Origin: Thelocarpon superellum
Taxonomy: Eukaryota
DNA length: 64,000 bases
Assembly: GCA_026025795.1 (NCBI GenBank)
Contig: JAPEUG010000053.1
Coordinates: 1-64,000, forward strand
Reading direction: 5' to 3'
Below are positions 10,767-24,009 of this stretch, piece after piece; positions within the stretch are counted from its first letter, which is position 1, and every line of letters starts with the position of its first letter. The notes below the pieces were generated by a model. That model searched no databases. It was not told the origin of the DNA and worked only from the letters and a program-made list of their open reading frames with translations. A program made the position numbers and the translations under genes.

Positions 10767-12413
10767 TCAGTCAGGCTGTCGACCACTTGCCCTCGTCTTT
10801 CCAGTCCCCACCTTTCCCGGATAATCCAAGACTCGTCGATGTCGATGTCCTTGCGCTTGCTTCCATCGACAGTACAAGACCACGGCGTCCTTGAGCACGA
10901 CAAAGAGACATCCGCCCACCAGACTGCGTCCCCATCGTGCTTGTAAGAAGCCTGCCGGCCGGCTCTTGTCCCACGCTGCTGGCGCCGTCGTCCATGACGC
11001 CGGGAGAATCAGCTTGAGCAGCGCTCCCATCGTCGCCGAGATGGACGGGAAGAGAAGCGCGCCGAGAACGGTGTCGGCGAGATGGTTGGCGGAGAAGACG
11101 AGGTTGTTGGCGCGGGGCGCCGGTGGTGCGGCGGCCCCGGCTCCGGCCCCGCCGTCGTTCTGCTCGCCGTTCACCAGGGGCACCTGATCTGGCGCATGAC
11201 CCGCGTCGTCCGCGGCGGGAGGCTCGTCGTTGTCGAAGATTTCAATCTCCATGTTGACGTCGACGACGACGTCGCCCTCCTCGTCGCCGCCGACACCGCC
11301 CTGCCAGAGCGGGCCGGGTCCTTGCCCATCCGGCCCCTCAGCCTCGGCCGCCTCATTCCGCGGCTGCACTTCCTGGATCCACCGCCGCTCGCGTGCACCA
11401 AAGGCGCGCTCGTAGGCTTCATTGTACGCGCCGCGGACGTAGGGCAGCACGGACAAGGCTACGGCCGGACTCGGGGGCCAGCGGGTAACGTCCAGGCGAT
11501 CACGCTCACGCCCCGTCGTAGCAAAGAAGAGGATGGGCAGCGCGGGCAGCACGCTGTCGGCGAGCTTGGTGCGGGACAAGACCAGGACGGCGGGGATCAG
11601 CGGCAGGCCGAGGGGTAATCGCCAGCTCCAGCCCACGGCGGAGGTGATGACGGGATTCACAAACGTGGTGAAGTTCCAGAAATCATCCGCCGTGCCCCAG
11701 GGGTGCGCGGCCCGGCCCAGGATCAGGTCGGCGTGTTTGCGGCCAAAGATGATGTAGACCGTGTTGATGCCATACACCAAACACCCTGTCCACATGCAGC
11801 CGCCGAGCACGGTGAAGACGCCGGGGAGGACCAGCCGGCCGGCGGTGCGCTCCAGCGCGCGCATGGCTTCCACCACCCGACTCCGTGGTCGCGCCACCTG
11901 GATCTCGGACTTGCACTGGGGACAGAGGATCTTGGCCGTGCCGGCGCGGGTCTTGCGCGGGCCAGGCGACTCGAGGTCGGCGATCCAATCCAGCAGGCAG
12001 GATTCGTGCGCCGTCAGGGCGCAGGGACATGGCGACCGCCACTCCGACGACAACGGCGTGTCCTCAGTCTCGTCGGTGAAGCAGATCCAGCACTTCCGCA
12101 CGTCTTCCGTATCCTCCGACGCCTTCGCCCCAGCGTCAGATCTCGCCACCGGCCCCGTCACATGGCTCGCCGACGGTGCGGTGGCCGTGCGTGAGCTGCT
12201 CCGGGTCAGAAAGACGGAGGGAGGGTCAGACGACGCGGGCGGCGAGGCACTCTCTGAATATGCGGAGGTCGATCCATCAGGATCTGAAACCTCAGGTCCT
12301 GAGGTGTGTGAGGAAGGGGCGGAAGGGGCGGATTGTGCTTGTGAGGGTAAGGATGAGGATGAGGATGAGGATCGAGGCAAAGGCGGATGCGACTGCGGCG
12401 GGACGGAGGCCAT
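10767..12413 (-). CDS. RING-CH (RINGv) membrane E3 ubiquitin ligase, MARCH5/MITOL-like
   Basis: CWICF..WRSPCPCALTAHESCLLDWI..CPQCK followed by several hydrophobic segments. Single exon. Confidence 0.85.
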   Translation of the reverse strand: MASVPPQSHPPLPRSSSSSSSLPSQAQSAPSAPSSHTSGPEVSDPDGSTSAYSESASPPASSDPPSVFLTRSSSRTATAPSASHVTGPVARSDAGAKASEDTEDVRKCWICFTDETEDTPLSSEWRSPCPCALTAHESCLLDWIADLESPGPRKTRAGTAKILCPQCKSEIQVARPRSRVVEAMRALERTAGRLVLPGVFTVLGGCMWTGCLVYGINTVYIIFGRKHADLILGRAAHPWGTADDFWNFTTFVNPVITSAVGWSWRLPLGLPLIPAVLVLSRTKLADSVLPALPILFFATTGRERDRLDVTRWPPSPAVALSVLPYVRGAYNEAYERAFGARERRWIQEVQPRNEAAEAEGPDGQGPGPLWQGGVGGDEEGDVVVDVNMEIEIFDNDEPPAADDAGHAPDQVPLVNGEQNDGGAGAGAAAPPAPRANNLVFSANHLADTVLGALLFPSISATMGALLKLILPASWTTAPAAWDKSRPAGFLQARWGRSLVGGCLFVVLKDAVVLYCRWKQAQGHRHRRVLDYPGKVGTGKTRASGRQPD

Positions 12414-13031
12414 GGTCGGCGGCCGAAGGACAAGAGCTGAGGCGAGAGACCAGCCTGCCCTATCGGGCCGACATGGAAGAAGGACCTTACGACTCGAGCC
12501 ACGAATTCATGGTCATCGCTAGATCACGGCGTGACTTGGCGGTTGCATCTGCATTATCTTGCGCTTGCGACGGCGACGGCGACTGATCGTTATTGCCGCA
12601 GCCGGGGCGCCAACGTCAAAAGTAATGTTAGCGAGGCACGTGGCAGCCAAGGCCGGCGGCCGGGCTCGCCAGCACTTATGACCTGAGCCGGTACCCGGCC
12701 CAGCCAGCGGTGTAATCGCTGCGTCTTAATCATCCGACGATTAGACGACGGACGGGAGGACGAGTAGAGATATGGGGGACCTCCGCGCTCCTCCATTCAC
12801 AGAGGAAGGTGGAGCCCGGCGACAGTCTCCGTAGATTGAGTCGAGTTACACGATGTCTCACAGCTCTGTGTAATCTGCAATCTGCGGTTGTGATTACATG
12901 CATCAAGGTTGCTTTCTGTCTTTGTGAGGCCAATGTTGAATGCATTCCCCCTCCGAGCATGACCTCAGGGGCTCTCCCGAGCTCACGGCTCCTTTCCATG
13001 GCTGTGAGGTGAATGACATTCCTCTGCAGCC

Positions 13032-15283
13032 ATGGCTTCGACTACGCCCATCAGGAGGTCCAGTCGGAAGCGGCCACGCACCAGATATTCCCTCGATGCG
13101 TTTGAGGGGCTGGACATCCTGAGCGATGTCACGCCGACCGGCAGCGAGGGACAGGCGAGCGATGATGACACCAATCGCGCAGGCGACGACGACTTTGCCG
13201 CCGAGCTGTCTGACGACGAGCCCTCGTCGGAAGGCGAGCGGAGCAGCGGCGGCGGCGACGACTTCGAGCAATCCGACGAGGGCGGCCTGGCCGGGCCATC
13301 GCATGGTCCACGACGACGTGGAAGACACCGGCGAACGGATGCGGTCGCACGTGGCGATGGACTGACCCCGACACGCGAGCGGCCCGGCCGGCCCGCCGAA
13401 AGCTCTCGATCTTACTCCAAGCAGGATCGATACGTGCACCTCTTTGGTCCACGCTCGGAAGATCTCATCAACTTCGTGCGGAGTCGTGACAAGTGGAGTC
13501 AGAATGCCACCATGCCCGCTCGGGAGCCCAATGGCAACGGTCACGGCGGATTGGCACCCACTTTCTTTCAGTCATCGGAACTCAGGCTGCAAGAGGCCGT
13601 GCAAGATTGGCGATGGTATCAGGACGACGGGGGCCGGGAGACTTTTGCACACCAGCAGACAATACGACGCCTCGCTGAGGATGAACAGACTCGATATACC
13701 GTCGATGTCGACCGGGGTGCTCGAAGCTTCCTGGTGGGACCCGCCGACCAACAGACCCGATGGACTTTACCGGCGCGCGAATCGTACGCGCTGGCAGACC
13801 TATGGAAGGAGAAGGAGGTGCCATCCTCCGGATCGAGAGGCCCACTCGACAGCGCGGAATCGGAAAGCGGACAAAGAGATGGGTTCATGCTGAATGTCGG
13901 TGCCCAGGTGGATGGCATGGGATGGGCGCCCAATCACAACAGCGAGAGACAGTATCTTGCCGTGATTGTTAGTCCATCCCCCTCTAAGCCGGACCCTCCA
14001 GAGACACCTCAGCCAATACCCGAGGGGGACGCGGCGAGACCGGCCAAAGCGCCCGCATACGCGCCGTCCGACCCAACACCCGCCTGCCTACAGATCTGGA
14101 CCTTTTGCGCCGCCGGAGGGGCGGAGGATGGGCTTTCGATCAAGAGCAGCGCTGGCCTGAGATTATCCGCCGTGTTCTGCACCGACTGGGGCGACGGGAA
14201 GCAGCTGCGATGGTGTCCCGCTCCGCGTCACCAGCCGGAGACGAGTCCTGGCGAGGCCGTCAGGGTCGGTCTCCTCGCGGGAATCTGGACAGACGGAAAG
14301 GTGCGAGTGCTGGATGTGCACGTTCCGAAGAAGCCTGAACATCCCGTGGAATATGGTGGGTGCGTCTCCACGGAAGGGATGGCCAGTCGCTGACCGCCAC
14401 AGCCAAGATTGACGCCGTCGCATTCGAGGCCATCCCGCCAGGCACCTTGTGCACGTGTGTGGACTGGTTATCGAGCAGCCATGTGGCGGTGGGGTGCGCG
14501 AACGGCTTCGTGGCCATCTGGGATCTGGCACGGCACCTCGCGGGGACGGGGCGACCGCGACCGACGCCAGCGTCGAGCCCACGGCCGTTCTTCTACCAAC
14601 TACTCCACCAAGCGTACCTCCTTTCCATCACCGCGTGCTACCCCTCGCATCCCACACTCATCGCGACGACGTCCATGGACGGATACGTGCGTCTCACCTC
14701 CATCCACGATCCCTCGGCCGACTACGTATCCGCGCAGCGCTCACGAGTGGCGCCCAACGCGCTCGTATGGAGCGACGCCATTCAAAGCATGTTGGGGGCG
14801 GAGGAGAACAACATGATCCGCACGTTCGCGATGCGTCGCTTCTTCAGCACCCTGACCGTCGCTCGTCCCACGTCCGTCATCACCAGCCTCGCGGTGGGGA
14901 GCACACACACGTCGCTTCTGGCGGGGTGCGCCAACGGCACGGTGGTGGCCGTCAATCCCATGCGACGCGTGGTCAAGGACCGGGGCTCCATGCCCAGCTA
15001 CCAGCAGATCTGGTTCCAGCACGAGTGGAGGCCCGAGGACCGGGCGGATGCCCCCCACCGTGGGCTCAGCCGCATCAGCGAGGGGTTCAAGGTGGAGCGG
15101 CCGAATCTCTTCCGGGGATTGGGCGAGGACAAAGTACAGGGCGGCATCCTGATGGCGACCATCTTCGAGCAGAAGACGGCCATCACGCACGTCGAGTGGA
15201 ATCCCAACGTCGTGTGTGGTGGATGGGCGGCCGCGGCCATGGGCGATGGGTTGATTCGCATTGAGGACCTGGCGTTGTCGTGA
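13032..15283 (+). CDS. TFIIIC WD40 subunit (Tfc6/Sfc6-like)
   Basis: Acidic N-terminus, then WD-like blades (LNVGAQVDGMGWAPN, WGDGKQLRWCP, VAVGCANGFVAIWD, EWNPN..GWAAAAMGDGLIRIEDL). Intron 14356-14402 joins two ORF-track entries. Confidence 0.8.
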
Positions 15284-15603
15284 TCTACCCTGCGAGATTG
15301 GCGTAGACCATCGTTTGGCCTCCAACTTCAACCTTCGGCGACGGGGACCGATCGTTGGGGCTCGAGCCGGAGGCTAGGAGTCCGGGCAAACGATGAAACC
15401 GACAGGACGCCTTGCTCTATGATGTGTCGTCCACTGAGCTCGCTGTCCTCCGTGTAAAGAGAAGTGGTATATTGATCCTGATCCTTGAAATCACCTGGAT
15501 CGCTGTTGTCAGGGTTGCTTGAGTTACAGGTCACGTGGATCCCCACGTGACCCTGCCAAACCTACAAGTAGCGGGAGAATCATAACTTGGCTAAGGAGTA
15601 AAT

Positions 15604-15663
15604 ATGTAGATGAATCGTGCTGCTTTCAGAGAGATGTAGATGAATCATGCTGCTTTCAGAGAG
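15604..15663. repeat. 30-bp tandem duplication
   Basis: ATGTAGATGAATC(G/A)TGCTGCTTTCAGAGAG twice, with one CG/CA difference. Confidence 0.9.
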
Positions 15664-16101
15664 AATAGGGCTAAGAGCTCGACAGATGTGCCACGGTCGA
15701 AGGTCGAGCCCACGTGCGCCGAGCCTCCGGGGGAGCAATGGATGCCAAATCCTACCTAGGATCTGGTGTAGAGCATGAGCTGTACCAACTTAATGACCTC
15801 CAGGCACCGCGAACCCGCGGACCCGTGGACCCGTTCCGGGATTCCATTCCAGGGTCCCCGCATGCACAAGCCCCACTATACCCCACCATCCATCACCCTC
15901 CCGCACTTCACCGCCGCCCCACCATTGACCGAACAGCGTCGCTATTCTCCAGAACCAATCGACTGACCTTAATTGGTCCGCATTGATTCGCCCAGTGTCC
16001 GACCAATCCCTGTCGATCCCTCTCACGTCGACCCAAGGCGCCTGATAGATCCCACATCCCTTCGTCCCGGCCCTCAGTGGGCCGCCCTTCAGTCCCTGAC
16101 C

Positions 16102-17103
16102 ATGGCATTCCAAGCGACATCCCACCCGGGATTGATGCACCACTACGTACCACACCCCACCACCTCTACTCCCTCCATTCCCTCCGTCTAACGAAGATGG
16201 CAGGCCAAAAAGCTAGTCGCATTCGAGCACCTGCCCTCATCCAGCACCACCCCACCGGCAAACACCATCATCTTCACGGGTGGGCTGTCGGACGGACTCT
16301 TCACCCTCCCGTACACGCGCCTGATCGCCGCGGCGCTACCCTCCACCTGGTCCTACACCGAGACACTCATCACCTCTTCCTACACCGGATGGGGCACGGG
16401 CTCGCTCGGGCGCGACGCCGACGAGATCGCGCAGCTGGTGACGTACGTCCGCGCGCAGCGCCCGGGGGGCAAGATCGTCCTGATGGGCCACTCGACCGGG
16501 TGCCAGGACACGGTCCGCTACATCTCTGGCCCGATCGTCGCCGGCCCGCGCCCAGCCGTCGACGGCGTCATCTTGCAGGCCGGGGCGTCGGATCGCGAGG
16601 CCCTCCTGCACGTCTTCCCCGCCGAGAGGGTGGCGCACAGCGTGACCGTGGCCGAGGAGATGATCGCCCAGGGCAAGGGCGAGGAGATTCTGCCGAGCGA
16701 CGTCACGGGCAACTTCTTCGACACGCCGTGTTGCGCGCGTCGCTGGCTGAGTCTCGCCTCGCCGCGGCACGACGGCGAAGACGACTATTTCTCCAGCGAC
16801 CTCACCGACGCACAGCTCCAGCAGACCTTTGGCAGGTTCCCGCCCGGCTCGCCCCTGTGTTTACTCTACAGCGGCGCCGACCAGTACGTGCCGTCCTTCG
16901 TGGATAAGGAGCTGCTGCTCAAGCGGTGGAAGGACACGGTGACGAAGAACGGCGGCGTCGTGGACGAGCAGAGCAGCGTCGTCGTCAAGGGCGCCAGCCA
17001 CAATCTGAACGGCGACGACGACGCCGTCGTCAATAGCCTGGTAGAGCGCGTGGTCGGGTTCGTGAAGCGCGTTGAGAGCGGGGAGCTGGTCAAGAGTGCA
17101 TAG
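16102..17103 (+). CDS. DUF1749 (UPF0613) alpha/beta-hydrolase
   Basis: LVAFEH, IIFTGGLSDGL, SSYTGWGTGSLGRDADEI and the GHSTGCQD nucleophile elbow. Intron 16147-16203. Confidence 0.88.
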
Positions 17104-17351
17104 TGAATAGTGCACAGTGCACAGTGCACAGTGCACAGCGCAGAGAGAGAGGGCCAACGTGGCAGAGGAAGAAGAAGAAGAAGAAGAAGAAGAAGAAGGA
17201 AAAGGGGAAGAAAAGAGTAGAATAGTCAAAGAGTCAGAGCGTCGCTGCTAGGCTCGAGAATATACACATTTCTCCTCCGCCCCCTCCCCCCGGCCCCGCC
17301 ACAGCCCACAGCCACAGCCACAGGCACGCAGAGACACATGACGTGCGACAT

Positions 17352-20300
17352 CTACTTGGCAGCGGTGACGACGCCCTCATACTCCCGAGAATTGATGTAA
17401 TCCAGCGTGCGCTGGAAATGCCGCTTGGGGTTCTCCAGCGCCGAGGCCGACTGGTCCGAGTTGGAGGCCAGGTTCGAGTGGATCAGCTCGATCAGTCCGT
17501 TGAGGTATTTCGTCGTGACCTGCCGTGTTGCACGTCCCTGCGTTAGCTTCGTCTCCCTTCGGCGACGAAATGGGCGCATCTCACCGCTTCGTTCTGCTGG
17601 TCAAAGTAATACACGTATCGGTTGAGAATCTCCACGAACAGTTCCACCGACACGGCCGCGTCCATGCATGCATCTGCCACTCGAAGGGCGCGTTGGAGGC
17701 ATTCGAGGACTCGCTTGCCGTCGCGGTAGAGCTACGCCATGCATCGTCAGTGATTGTCCGCCTCTCGTGAGCGCCGGCTCGGACCGACCGTCTTGCTGTC
17801 CTCGTCGCCTCGGCCAGGAATCTCCACCGCCCACCATAGATGACTGGCGAGGTAGACGGCACGGCATTGGTCGGGCTTCTTGAGTAACTTGCTCCCGTGA
17901 AGCGCACACTTGGTGATCAACGTGTCGTAGTTCTCCTTGCCAAATGCCCTCGTGCTGTGCAACGCGCCGGCGATGACACACACCGCCTGGAACTGGGCCC
18001 GCGAGTCGCTGATGGCTTCCTCGTAGATGGTAAAGGCCTGGGCGAAGAACTCGTAGCTGACTTCCTCGAAGCCCGTCTGATCCGCCACTTGACCGCACTC
18101 GATGAACAGCCGCAGACTCAGATCCGCGGCGCCGTTGACCCGCGTGTACAGGGCCGACAGCGAATTGTGCATGAATTTGTACAGCGCCGAGGATTGCGAC
18201 GACCAGTTGTCGTCGTAATGTTCCCGGGTCTTGTATCGACGTGCCAGCTTCAGCGCCGCCGTGATCAGCGCCGGCGTCGTGAATCGAATCCGTTCATTGC
18301 CCTCGCCATACGCTTTCCGCGTCGTTTGGAGCAGCTACCCTCGTCAGCGGTCCGGCCGTACCACCCCGGACGAGCATCTACCTTGAACTGGGTGTCGTTG
18401 TCGGCACTCTTCATCAGATGGACCATCCGCGCCAGCCACCCTTGCTCCTCAATCGTCTCGTCCGTCTCCACGCCCCGCCGTTGCGTCGGCATCCCGGGGT
18501 AGCCTGTGGCTTGCTGCATGCCTTCTTTGATGAGCACGCGGAGGATTTCCAAGATCCCTTCCAGGTTCTCGGGCGTCGAGATGGCGATGTGGTCCTTGAG
18601 GATGCTCCGTGCAATCTCCCGCGCCACCGCCCGTCGCGTCGGGTACGTCTGGGCACTCAGGAGCGGGAGGAAGCTGGGAAGGGACAGCGCGGTGAAGAGG
18701 GAGAAGTAGGATTTGACGGGAGCGAGCAGGAGGTTGAGAAGGTTCGTTTGGGCTGCGGCGGCGTGGAGGTCGGGGCTATTGGCATGCTGGCCCACCTTTT
18801 CCGTGGCGTACGACAAGACCTGATCGACATATTCTAATCGATCCGGGTAGATTTTGCTGGACACGTCAGCGAGGAACCCCGGACCAGCCCCGAACCGCCC
18901 GAATCAGCACTTACAGGGCAAGATTGGCGAGCGAGACGAGCAGCGCCGTGGTGTCCTGGATGGCTAGTCGTTGCGCATTGACGAGGTTGACCACCTGATC
19001 GTAGAAGATCTCGTACAGCTTCACGTCACCCGTGACGCTCGTCTTTGTCGTCGCATGCTCTTCCTCGCCATTCGCGCTTTCTTTCGGCCCGTCTTTGGCG
19101 TCGCCATTGACCTCGCTCGCGTGTGCCTCGTCAGCGGACGAGCCGTTCGTGTGCGGCGTGGCAGACGAGGGCTCGGCGCTTGACCCCGGTCGAGCTTCGT
19201 GCTTGTCGTTGGAGAGTTTTAATCGCTCCAACAGCTTGGCTGTCGCCTCTTCCTCCTTCTTCCTCCGGTCGTCCAGGGGCTCCGACTCGGCGTCGCGGGC
19301 GGCATACGCCGACAGCTTGTCCATCAAGCCAATCACAATCGCCTTCACATTGACATGTGGATTGAGTCGCGCCGTCGCCGAGAGGAATTTGTCGAGCGTG
19401 TGGAGGTGAAAGTCGTCCGGGAAGACCTGGGTGATGACTGGGAGAGGGTCAGCAGGGAGAGGGTCGGCGGTGGGGTCAAGGCCCACGTACCTTCGAGCAG
19501 ATATTCTTGGGCCAGGACATCGCGACATTGCACGACCTGGTCCAACAAGGGTTGCAGGATGACCGTCTTGTACGTGGTGAGATCGACGAGCTGACTCAGG
19601 CGCACCAGGTTGCTGCCGACTAGGAGTTGAAGCTCCTGCCGCTCCTTGGTCCGTTGGTCGCGTTCACGCGAGTGGCCTTGATGCTGCAGGCGCACCCACA
19701 GCTTGTTCATCTCCACGAAATTGGTCATGATGAAGCTGATGGAGTCCTGCAGGTTCCCCTCCGGCCCGTCACCGCTCCCTTCCGGCAGATGGTCGCGTGC
19801 TTGGCCAGACAGGTAGTATCGCAGGAAGAGGCCGCGCACGGGATGCTGCACGCCCCGGCTCATCTCCATCATGTCCTTCATGATCTCTTTGACCGGCGCG
19901 TCCTCGATGGCCATGTAGACGGTGCCGACGGTGATCATCAGGTACAAGCGCGGGACGATGTTGCCGGCGTACTGCACCAGCTCGTACAGGTCGGCCAGGT
20001 GGTTGACCGGATGACTTTCGCGGAGATGGTCGGACAAGTGGCGGAGCGCATCGAACACGGCCATGTAGAGCTCGTAGTACTTCTTGGGGCCTAGGCTGCT
20101 CGTCCGCAGCTGCGAGACCAGGGTCGAGCTGCGTGGGCGAGGTCTGCGGTCAGTTCCCTGCAAGCCCTCGATTCAAGCACGCAGTCTTCCCCCATGGAAG
20201 CCGTACCTGCATTTCAACGCGTCCATCAGCTTGCCCGGAGTCTCGAGGCATTTGCGCATCTGGTGCGTCTGATGGCGGACGATGGCCAGGGCCTCATCGA

Positions 20301-20355
20301 TCAGCCGAGCTTGGTCTTCGATGGAGGGCGGCGACGACGCCATTGGGTCGGCCAT
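17352..20355 (-). CDS. VPS35: Retromer subunit Vps35
   Basis: [52 protein letters not shown] and [20 protein letters not shown]. Multiple GT-AG introns. Confidence 0.97.
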
Positions 20356-20998
20356 GGTCGAAGCACGGCCCGAGAAGATCCACCCGGTACCAGTTGAGGG
20401 CCTAGGTCAAGCGCGAGCGGCTGACGGCGGCGCTGGCCCACAAGGAAGAGAAACAGCTGAGAGAGTGGGGGATCGTCATGAGCATCCGATGTTTGCTCCC
20501 TCGACCGAACGGGCCGGGATGATGCGTGAGGGCCGGCGGTGATGGTCTCTAAAGTCCACCGTAATGAATCACGTTGCAGGCACAGGCCCTCCCCTTGATA
20601 ACCGGTTACCAGGGGCCCCCCCCCCTCCCCCCCCCTCCACCCACAGCACCTGGAGGCACATCGGTTCTACATGGCTTATCGGATCCCGGGGCTATGAGAC
20701 ATACTGAGACACTCCGAGCCATTTCTCGTGCACAGGATTTTGAGGCGAATTGTTTGGACTAGGATGATAAAGTCGATGGAGCTGATCTCGAGCATCTATC
20801 TAATCTCAATACAGGCCGATCTCCATCTGATTAAACGCCGAGGGTAGGATTCCATATGTGGCCCAACCAGCCGACCCTTGCCTGCTGTCATAACACCATT
20901 TCATCATCAACATGCCGTCAATTTGTCTCCAAGCTGCGCCAGGCTCCAGGAGACCCAAATCGCTAAAACTCAAGAAAGGTAAAGGCAGTCTCCTTCTT

Positions 20999-22474
20999 CT
21001 ACCATGACGACGCCGGCGGAATGTTCTCCGTCTCATCATGTGGAAGGCTGATCGGGGGGACCTCCGTCGAGTTGACCGCCTCACCTGTCACCGCCGGTAA
21101 CTTGGGAAGCGGCGACGACATCGCCTCGGGATGCGTGCTTGGAGTCGCGGTGATGGTCGCCCCAACACTGCCGTCCGGCTGCGGCGATCGGGCCTGCACT
21201 TTCGCCGCGTCCGCCTTCGCCTCTGCCTGGACCCGCTTGGCCAGCATGGCTCGGCGTCGGTACCCAACGCTCCCTTGCGACCACTCCACCGGGGACGGAA
21301 TAGGCGTGATCGACGTGTAGCTGACGCTGGTTGAGGACGTGAGGCATGACGTAGTCACCGTCGTGAAGGTCGTCGAGCTGGTCGAGGTGGGCAGATTCGA
21401 TGAACAGGAGGTCGTGGTGGTGGTAGTGTACGTCGTGGACGTCGAGGTGGAATACGTGGTTGTGGAGTTCGTCGGACATGGCGTCGTCGTGGGCGTCGTG
21501 TAGGTGGTGGTGTTCGTTGGACATGGCGTCGTCGTGGGCGTCGTGTAAGTTGTATAAGTCGGAGAAGGCGTGTAGGTCGGCGTGTAGCTGGTCGAGTATG
21601 TGGGGTAATAGGTCGTCGATGAGCTGGGACACGGCGTCGACATGCTCGCAGATGACCATGTGGGCGACGATGCCGGCGGGGTGTAAGGTGACTGCCAGCT
21701 CGCCCAAGGCGTGTACGAGGTGGAGGACCACGTCTCGGACCAGGTAGGAGTGGTCGTCCATGACATGGACTCAGAGCAGGAGGTCGAGGTCGGGTACCAC
21801 GTCGTCGTGCTCGAAGTAGTGCACGGCGTCGAGGTCGACTCCCACGTTGTCGGGCTCGCGGGCGGGTACCAGGTCGTCGTTGGCGTCTCCCACGACGATT
21901 GAGACCAAGGAGCGGTCCAATTCGTCGTCGTGCACGGGGTCGTCATGGGCGGGTAGGCGCTAGGGGTGTAGGTCGTCGTCCACGAAGGGTACGATGGCTC
22001 CCATGACGGGCTCTCCGGCGCCCAGGTCGGCGTCGTCGACGCGGACCACGGCTCCACCCATGATGCGCTGGACGACCAGGACTCATAGGAGGTAGTCAAG
22101 GTTGGGCAGGGAGTCGACGAGGAGTATGTGGTGGAGGTCGTACACGGGGTCGACGTGGAGTATGTGGTTGAGGTGGTCGTCGGGCATGGAGTCGACGACG
22201 AGTAGGTGGTGGAGGTCGTGCACGGGGTCGACGTAGAGTACGTCGTGGATGACGAGCACGTCGTTGTCGTCGTCGTTGTCGTCGTTTCCGATGTGTAGGT
22301 CGACGGCTCCGCCCACCCGCTGGACTCAGCCGAGCCGCCGTCCACAGGCACGACGGAGTACCAGGCTTGTCTGCGCTCCACCGGCACTTCTACCGATTCC
22401 GGCGAAGAGAGCGGGAGCGAGGCGGCAACCTCGGCCATGGCAAAGAGCCCAAGGACGCTGGGGACGAGATGCAT
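20999..22474 (-). CDS. Secreted Ser/Thr/Pro-rich (mucin-like) protein with TPC repeats
   Basis: Signal-peptide-like MHLVPSVLGLFAMAEVAAS from ATG 22474, dibasic VERR site and repeated (S/T)TPC motifs. The ORF-track start at 22645 is probably too far upstream. Confidence 0.8.
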   Translation of the reverse strand: MHLVPSVLGLFAMAEVAASLPLSSPESVEVPVERRQAWYSVVPVDGGSAESSGWAEPSTYTSETTTTTTTTTCSSSTTYSTSTPCTTSTTYSSSTPCPTTTSTTYSTSTPCTTSTTYSSSTPCPTLTTSYESWSSSASWVEPWSASTTPTWAPESPSWEPSYPSWTTTYTPSAYPPMTTPCTTTNWTAPWSQSSWETPTTTWYPPASPTTWESTSTPCTTSSTTTWYPTSTSCSESMSWTTTPTWSETWSSTSYTPWASWQSPYTPPASSPTWSSASMSTPCPSSSTTYYPTYSTSYTPTYTPSPTYTTYTTPTTTPCPTNTTTYTTPTTTPCPTNSTTTYSTSTSTTYTTTTTTSCSSNLPTSTSSTTFTTVTTSCLTSSTSVSYTSITPIPSPVEWSQGSVGYRRRAMLAKRVQAEAKADAAKVQARSPQPDGSVGATITATPSTHPEAMSSPLPKLPAVTGEAVNSTEVPPISLPHDETENIPPASSW

Positions 22475-24009
22475 GATGGCGGTGATGGAATCTCTGATGA
22501 ATTGGATGGAATGGAATCTCTCAGGGTTGCCGGCGGTGGAGAGAATGCAATGGAGAATGGGCGGGACATGGTCGATCGGCGACCGGCAGGGGGAATATAT
22601 GCAGGAGTCGCATGCAGCGACGGGATAGCGCATGGCTGGAAGCACGCTAGAAAAGCCATGGTGCTGGTAAAATTGGACATTGCGTGAGCGGGAGGTTGGA
22701 CGTGATGGTGGTGATGATGGTGATGGCTGGCTCGGCCGAGCAAGTGTTTCGAGAACGGCCGTTGAAGGTCAAACGCGCTTGTCTGACAGGTGGCGGCGCC
22801 CGTAGCGAGCGCCACGGGTGGCTGGCAAATAAGCTGGTGGTTGGCGGATCATCGCTTGGCGTGGTCCAATTAGCGCCAGAAACGCCACGCCCGACCTCGA
22901 TTGCCACCACAATGGCCTCCGCCACGGCTATAATAGGGTTCTAATCCCTGGCTCAGATCACATCATGTCCCATGCACTTGAGCTTAAGTTGAGGCGGTTG
23001 GCCTGTCATTATTCAGAGCCTGGCAAGCGTGAATCTGCAGCCACCGGGGTTTACGGGTGAGGCGTGACCCTGCCGCGCTCGCGTGCGCCAATAAGCGAGC
23101 CTCAGCCAGTCCTTGCATCCTCCCCAGTGGCCGCACTTCTTGACTGTAGAGCTCGTTGCCGCCAGACACCATTTCACCTTTTCCGCCCATTGGATATTGG
23201 TGTGCCACTATCGGCTGCATGTAGGTGCGGGCCGCATGTTGCACATGCAGCTATTCGTGGTCAAAGTCAAACTTGGACCAGCGTGCGCGGCAGAGGGACA
23301 GCCGCAGGCTGCGATCCAGGCCAGATCAAACGCCGTGTGGGGCTTCAAACATGGTATAATGCGTCTGGTACCCCGCAAGTGGCAGATTATGTTGGCATGT
23401 TCTACCTCCTGATCTCACCAGGGGCTCACTATTAGCACCTCTTCGAGCGCGAGCGTGACCTCTCTTACTGTCCACGATTCATCGTCGCATCTTGCACAAA
23501 GCATCACGGACACATCTACGAGGACGGTGTCGAGTCAGAAGGGCTCCCACAGCTTCTCTTCCCCAGCTTATTCTCTACTGCTGGTGCTAGTGGCCGTGGC
23601 ACAGTATTGCGTCTCACGTGTTCTCGTCTCCGCCCCAAAAATGGAGGCCCTTTCTCCCCGGGAGTCCTCCCATCTGGCCTCTCGCCTTCCGCCTTCGTTC
23701 CAAACCAACAGTGAGAATGCATATGCTACAGCGTACATGCGTGACGACAATCTCGTGTTCGTCAGGCCGTTCAAGCCACTACCTGCAATAAACATCATCC
23801 AACCAATTCGACGTCACTTGACCTTCCCGTTCCGTCGGCCTTTCCCCCGCTCCAGCAGCCTTCACACCCAGCGTGACACCTGATCGATCGACCGTAAGCA
23901 CACCACGACGATTCATCCATTCCATGCCAAAGGTTTATTGTGACTCGTCTAGAATCGAGGTTCCGCGCGGGGTGAGAGCACCTCTGACTACGAGGGCGCG
24001 ACCAAGAGG

